Assembly (NCBI GenBank): GCA_031431875.1
Contig: JANPEF010000091.1
Span: forward strand, 1-64,000
Direction: 5' to 3'
Source of the DNA: Candidatus Eiseniibacteriota bacterium
GTDB taxonomy: Bacteria; Eisenbacteria; RBG-16-71-46; DASYSL01
DNA length: 64,000 bases
Part shown: piece by piece, positions 61,503-64,000 of the stretch
Layout: each line of letters opens with the position of its first letter
Position numbering within the stretch: the stretch's first letter is position 1
The notes under the pieces: generated by a model
What the model was told of the DNA's origin: nothing
Database searches by the model: none
What the model saw: only the letters and a program-made list of their open reading frames with translations
Program-made: the position numbers and the translations under genes

Positions 61503-61800
61503 TCAGAAGACCGGCTTTCAGCCCAGCCGGAACGACAGCGCGCCGATCGTGGCCAGCGAGTCGACGTCGATGTCCCCGCGGTAGCGAAGATCGGTGGCGA
61601 AACTCTGCCGCAAGAGGATCGAGTAGGCGAACCGCGTGGCCGACTCCCCGCCCGCGACGAAGTTGCCAGCGATGAGCGCGGGCGAGGTCGCGAGAGCGCA
61701 AAACGTGCAGGCGGAGAGCAGCAAGGGCAACAGGAGAGCCGAAGTTCAGCGTTGCGACGGGCGGGGGGTCCGTGAGGAGGTACGTCCAGTGGGATTCCTC
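61503..61800 (-). pseudogene. Degraded outer-membrane protein-like gene remnant
   Basis: Hydrophobic signal-like segment and beta-strand-like tail LSFRLG*KPVF* with premature TGA; homologous to the 52952 tail. Confidence 0.4.
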
Positions 61801-61943
61801 CGTCTGCGGATTCCTCCGTAGGGCGCCGAGGCGGCGGCGTGGGGCGAGGGTCATGCGGGGGAATCTGCGCCAGAGCACGAAACCCCGCCCACGGCGCGAG
61901 CCGCGAGCGGGGATCGATGTGCCCCTTGCTGCGATGGGTCGCG

Positions 61944-64000
61944 CTACTTCAGGTACGTGACCCGCACCCGCTTCGCCTCGTTGCCGATGCGCATCTGGAT
62001 GAAGTACATGCCGCTGCGCGCCGTCGCACCGCGCTCGTCCCGGCCGTTCCACACCACGACGTAGCGCCCCGCCGACTGCGTGTCGCCGGCCAGCGTGCGC
62101 ACGAGACGTCCCGCCAGGTCGAACACCTTGATGCTGACCGTCGCGGTTGCCGTGGGCACCTCGTACGCGAGCCGCATGCCGTTGCTGAACGGATTCGGCA
62201 CCGGCCGGTACAGCTCGAGCGCAGGTCCGTCGAGCGGAAGATCGTCGTCGACACCGGTCGTCGCCGGCGTGCCGATCTGCAGGCCATCCGGATCCTGGTC
62301 GACGACCTGTCCGTTGATCACGGTCTTGAAGTCGTAGTGCAGGCCGCCGACCGGCGGCACGTAAGCGCCGAGGATCGACTTGAGGCTGTACTTCACCTGG
62401 ATGATCAGCACGTCGCCCGCCTGCACGCCACTCACCGGAATCGACACCTGACCGGTCGAGGTCTCCGTGCCGCCGCCGATGCCGTTGCAGTTCTCGTCAT
62501 AGAGCGTGACCTGCCCCTGGTGGGTGGCGATGAAAGGGGCCGTCGGGCTGTTCTTCTCCTGCACCACCTGGATCGTGAAGTTCGCGCTCGGGGCGACGAC
62601 CTTCGACCAGTAGAAGAACACGCCCGGCGCGATGTTCGTGATCACGTTGTTCTCGAGGGCGTAGTTCACGTCGCTCGAGGGCATGTCCGGGCCCTCGCCG
62701 GCCTGGTACGACGTGCACGTCGCGCTCGTGTGCGTGAGCTGGCCTTCGCAGTCGCGGATCCGGTAGACGCCGCTGCCCGTCGCCTTGCAACCGCGCGCGT
62801 CGGTGATCGTCACGCTGTAGCGGCCGGTGTCGGCCACCGCGATGCACCGCGTCGTCGCGCCGTTGCTCCACAGGTACGTGTAGGGCGCGAGGCCGTTGGC
62901 GGCATTCGCGCACAGCTCGACCGGTGCGACCCCGTCACAGACGATGCGGTTCGGGACGGTGACCGTCGGCTGGGCGAACGTGATCTTCACCTGGTCGCTC
63001 ACGGGGCCGCACGGACCGGCGGGATCGTTCGTCGTGAACGTGAGCGTCACGCTGCCCGAGGCGACCTCCCCGGGCGTCGGCGTGTACGTCGGGTTGAACG
63101 AGGAGCGGCCGGGCGCGAACACTCCCGCGCCACCGACCCACGCGCCGCCGTTCGCGGAGCCACCGAGCGTCGCGGTGAGCTGCACCTGCGGCGTCGCCGC
63201 GCAGACGACCTGGTCGGCGCCGGCGTTCACCGTCGGCGCGGGATTGATCACGATCGTCACGAGATCGCTCGCCGGCGGACAGGGCCGGGTCGAGGTCGCG
63301 CTCGTCAGCGTGAGCGTGACGCTTCCGGCCACGATCTCCGCCGGGCTCGGGGTGTAGAACGCATCGAGGTCGTTACGGCCCGGGCTGAACGTGCCGGTGC
63401 CGCCGGTCCACGTACCGCCCGACACCGGGCCGGTGACGGCGCCGTGAAGCTGCGTGCGCGCGCTGGTCGCGCAGACGACCTGGTCGGGACCGGCGTTCAC
63501 GATCGTGAGCGGATCGATCGTGACGCGCACCTGGTCGGCGACCGGACCGCACGGGCCTGCCGGATCATCTGACGTCAGCGTGAGCGTGACTCCGCCGGCG
63601 GCGATTTCGCCCGGCGACGGGGTGTAGCGCGCGTTGAGCGCGGTCGCGCGCGGGCTGTACGAGCCGCCGCCGCCGCTCCACGTGCCGCCCGACGCGCCGC
63701 CGGTCACCGCGCCGGCGAGCTGCACCTGCGGGCTGCCAGCGCACACGATCTGGTCGGGACCCGCGTAGACGACCGCGGCCGGGTTGATCGTGATGAGCAC
63801 CTGGTCGCTGAAGGCGCCGCACGGGCCGGCCGGATCATTCGTGACGAGGGTCAGGAGGACGCTGCCAGCCGTGACCTCACCGGGCGTCGGCAGGTACGTC
63901 GCGTTGAGCGCCGAGCGGCCCGGCGTGAATGTGCCGTTGCCGCCGTTCCACGTGCCGCTGGTCGCGCCGCCGCCAACCGAGCCGGCGAGTTGCGCAAGCG
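61944..64000 (-). CDS. Large secreted repeat protein (Ig/PKD-like VxAGxDQxVCA repeats) with FlgD/T9SS-like CTD; 5' end beyond window
   Basis: At least 4 ~80-aa repeats (AGPDQIVCA..GGTWSGG.G.FSP..YTP.PGE..AG.VTLTLT); CTD PNPF..VFDLAGRLVRTL..WNGRDERG..SGMYF. Confidence 0.88.
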   Translation of the reverse strand, partial: LAQLAGSVGGGATSGTWNGGNGTFTPGRSALNATYLPTPGEVTAGSVLLTLVTNDPAGPCGAFSDQVLITINPAAVVYAGPDQIVCAGSPQVQLAGAVTGGASGGTWSGGGGSYSPRATALNARYTPSPGEIAAGGVTLTLTSDDPAGPCGPVADQVRVTIDPLTIVNAGPDQVVCATSARTQLHGAVTGPVSGGTWTGGTGTFSPGRNDLDAFYTPSPAEIVAGSVTLTLTSATSTRPCPPASDLVTIVINPAPTVNAGADQVVCAATPQVQLTATLGGSANGGAWVGGAGVFAPGRSSFNPTYTPTPGEVASGSVTLTFTTNDPAGPCGPVSDQVKITFAQPTVTVPNRIVCDGVAPVELCANAANGLAPYTYLWSNGATTRCIAVADTGRYSVTITDARGCKATGSGVYRIRDCEGQLTHTSATCTSYQAGEGPDMPSSDVNYALENNVITNIAPGVFFYWSKVVAPSANFTIQVVQEKNSPTAPFIATHQGQVTLYDENCNGIGGGTETSTGQVSIPVSGVQAGDVLIIQVKYSLKSILGAYVPPVGGLHYDFKTVINGQVVDQDPDGLQIGTPATTGVDDDLPLDGPALELYRPVPNPFSNGMRLAYEVPTATATVSIKVFDLAGRLVRTLAGDTQSAGRYVVVWNGRDERGATARSGMYFIQMRIGNEAKRVRVTYLK

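Noticed and set aside
59158..62099. Repeat pair as a diversity-generating retroelement TR/VR
   Set aside because: Mismatches are not adenine-restricted (several synonymous C/G/T changes) and there is no reverse transcriptase in the window.

Overview
High-GC bacterial chromosome window from a diderm organism. Secreted proteins carrying T9SS/FlgD-like C-terminal domains and an SWGxVKxxY-type tail suggest an FCB-related lineage such as Ca. Eisenbacteria or Latescibacterota; this is an inference, not a determination. Housekeeping genes include ETF-QO, trxB, a deoxyhypusine synthase-like gene, nadE, rlmD and pepA. Other content: an NtrC-type two-component locus with an OmpA lipoprotein, a Tad/Flp pilus operon, two paralogous ECF sigma/FecR pairs, TetR-S41 peptidase, Fur/PerR, HtrA, a KefC-like antiporter, a Ser/Thr kinase-TPR protein and several large secreted proteins. 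Best novel candidate: a ~185-nt minus-strand non-coding RNA (about 27291->27106) with a sigma54 -24/-12 promoter, at least six GGA motifs mostly in hairpin loops, and an intrinsic terminator, i.e. a CsrB/RsmZ-like protein-sponge sRNA. It appears to belong to a local sigma54 set together with the flp/tad operon and an ATPase-less mini-PilT. Also seen: a histidine kinase fused in frame to a lipoprotein, an unannotated 30-aa membrane peptide after tadC, a frameshifted NYN RNase with a structured leader, a duplicated gene 3' end flanking a secreted-protein cassette, and several apparent microhomology-deletion relics. No rRNA, tRNA or CRISPR array was seen. All calls are by eye, without database searches.
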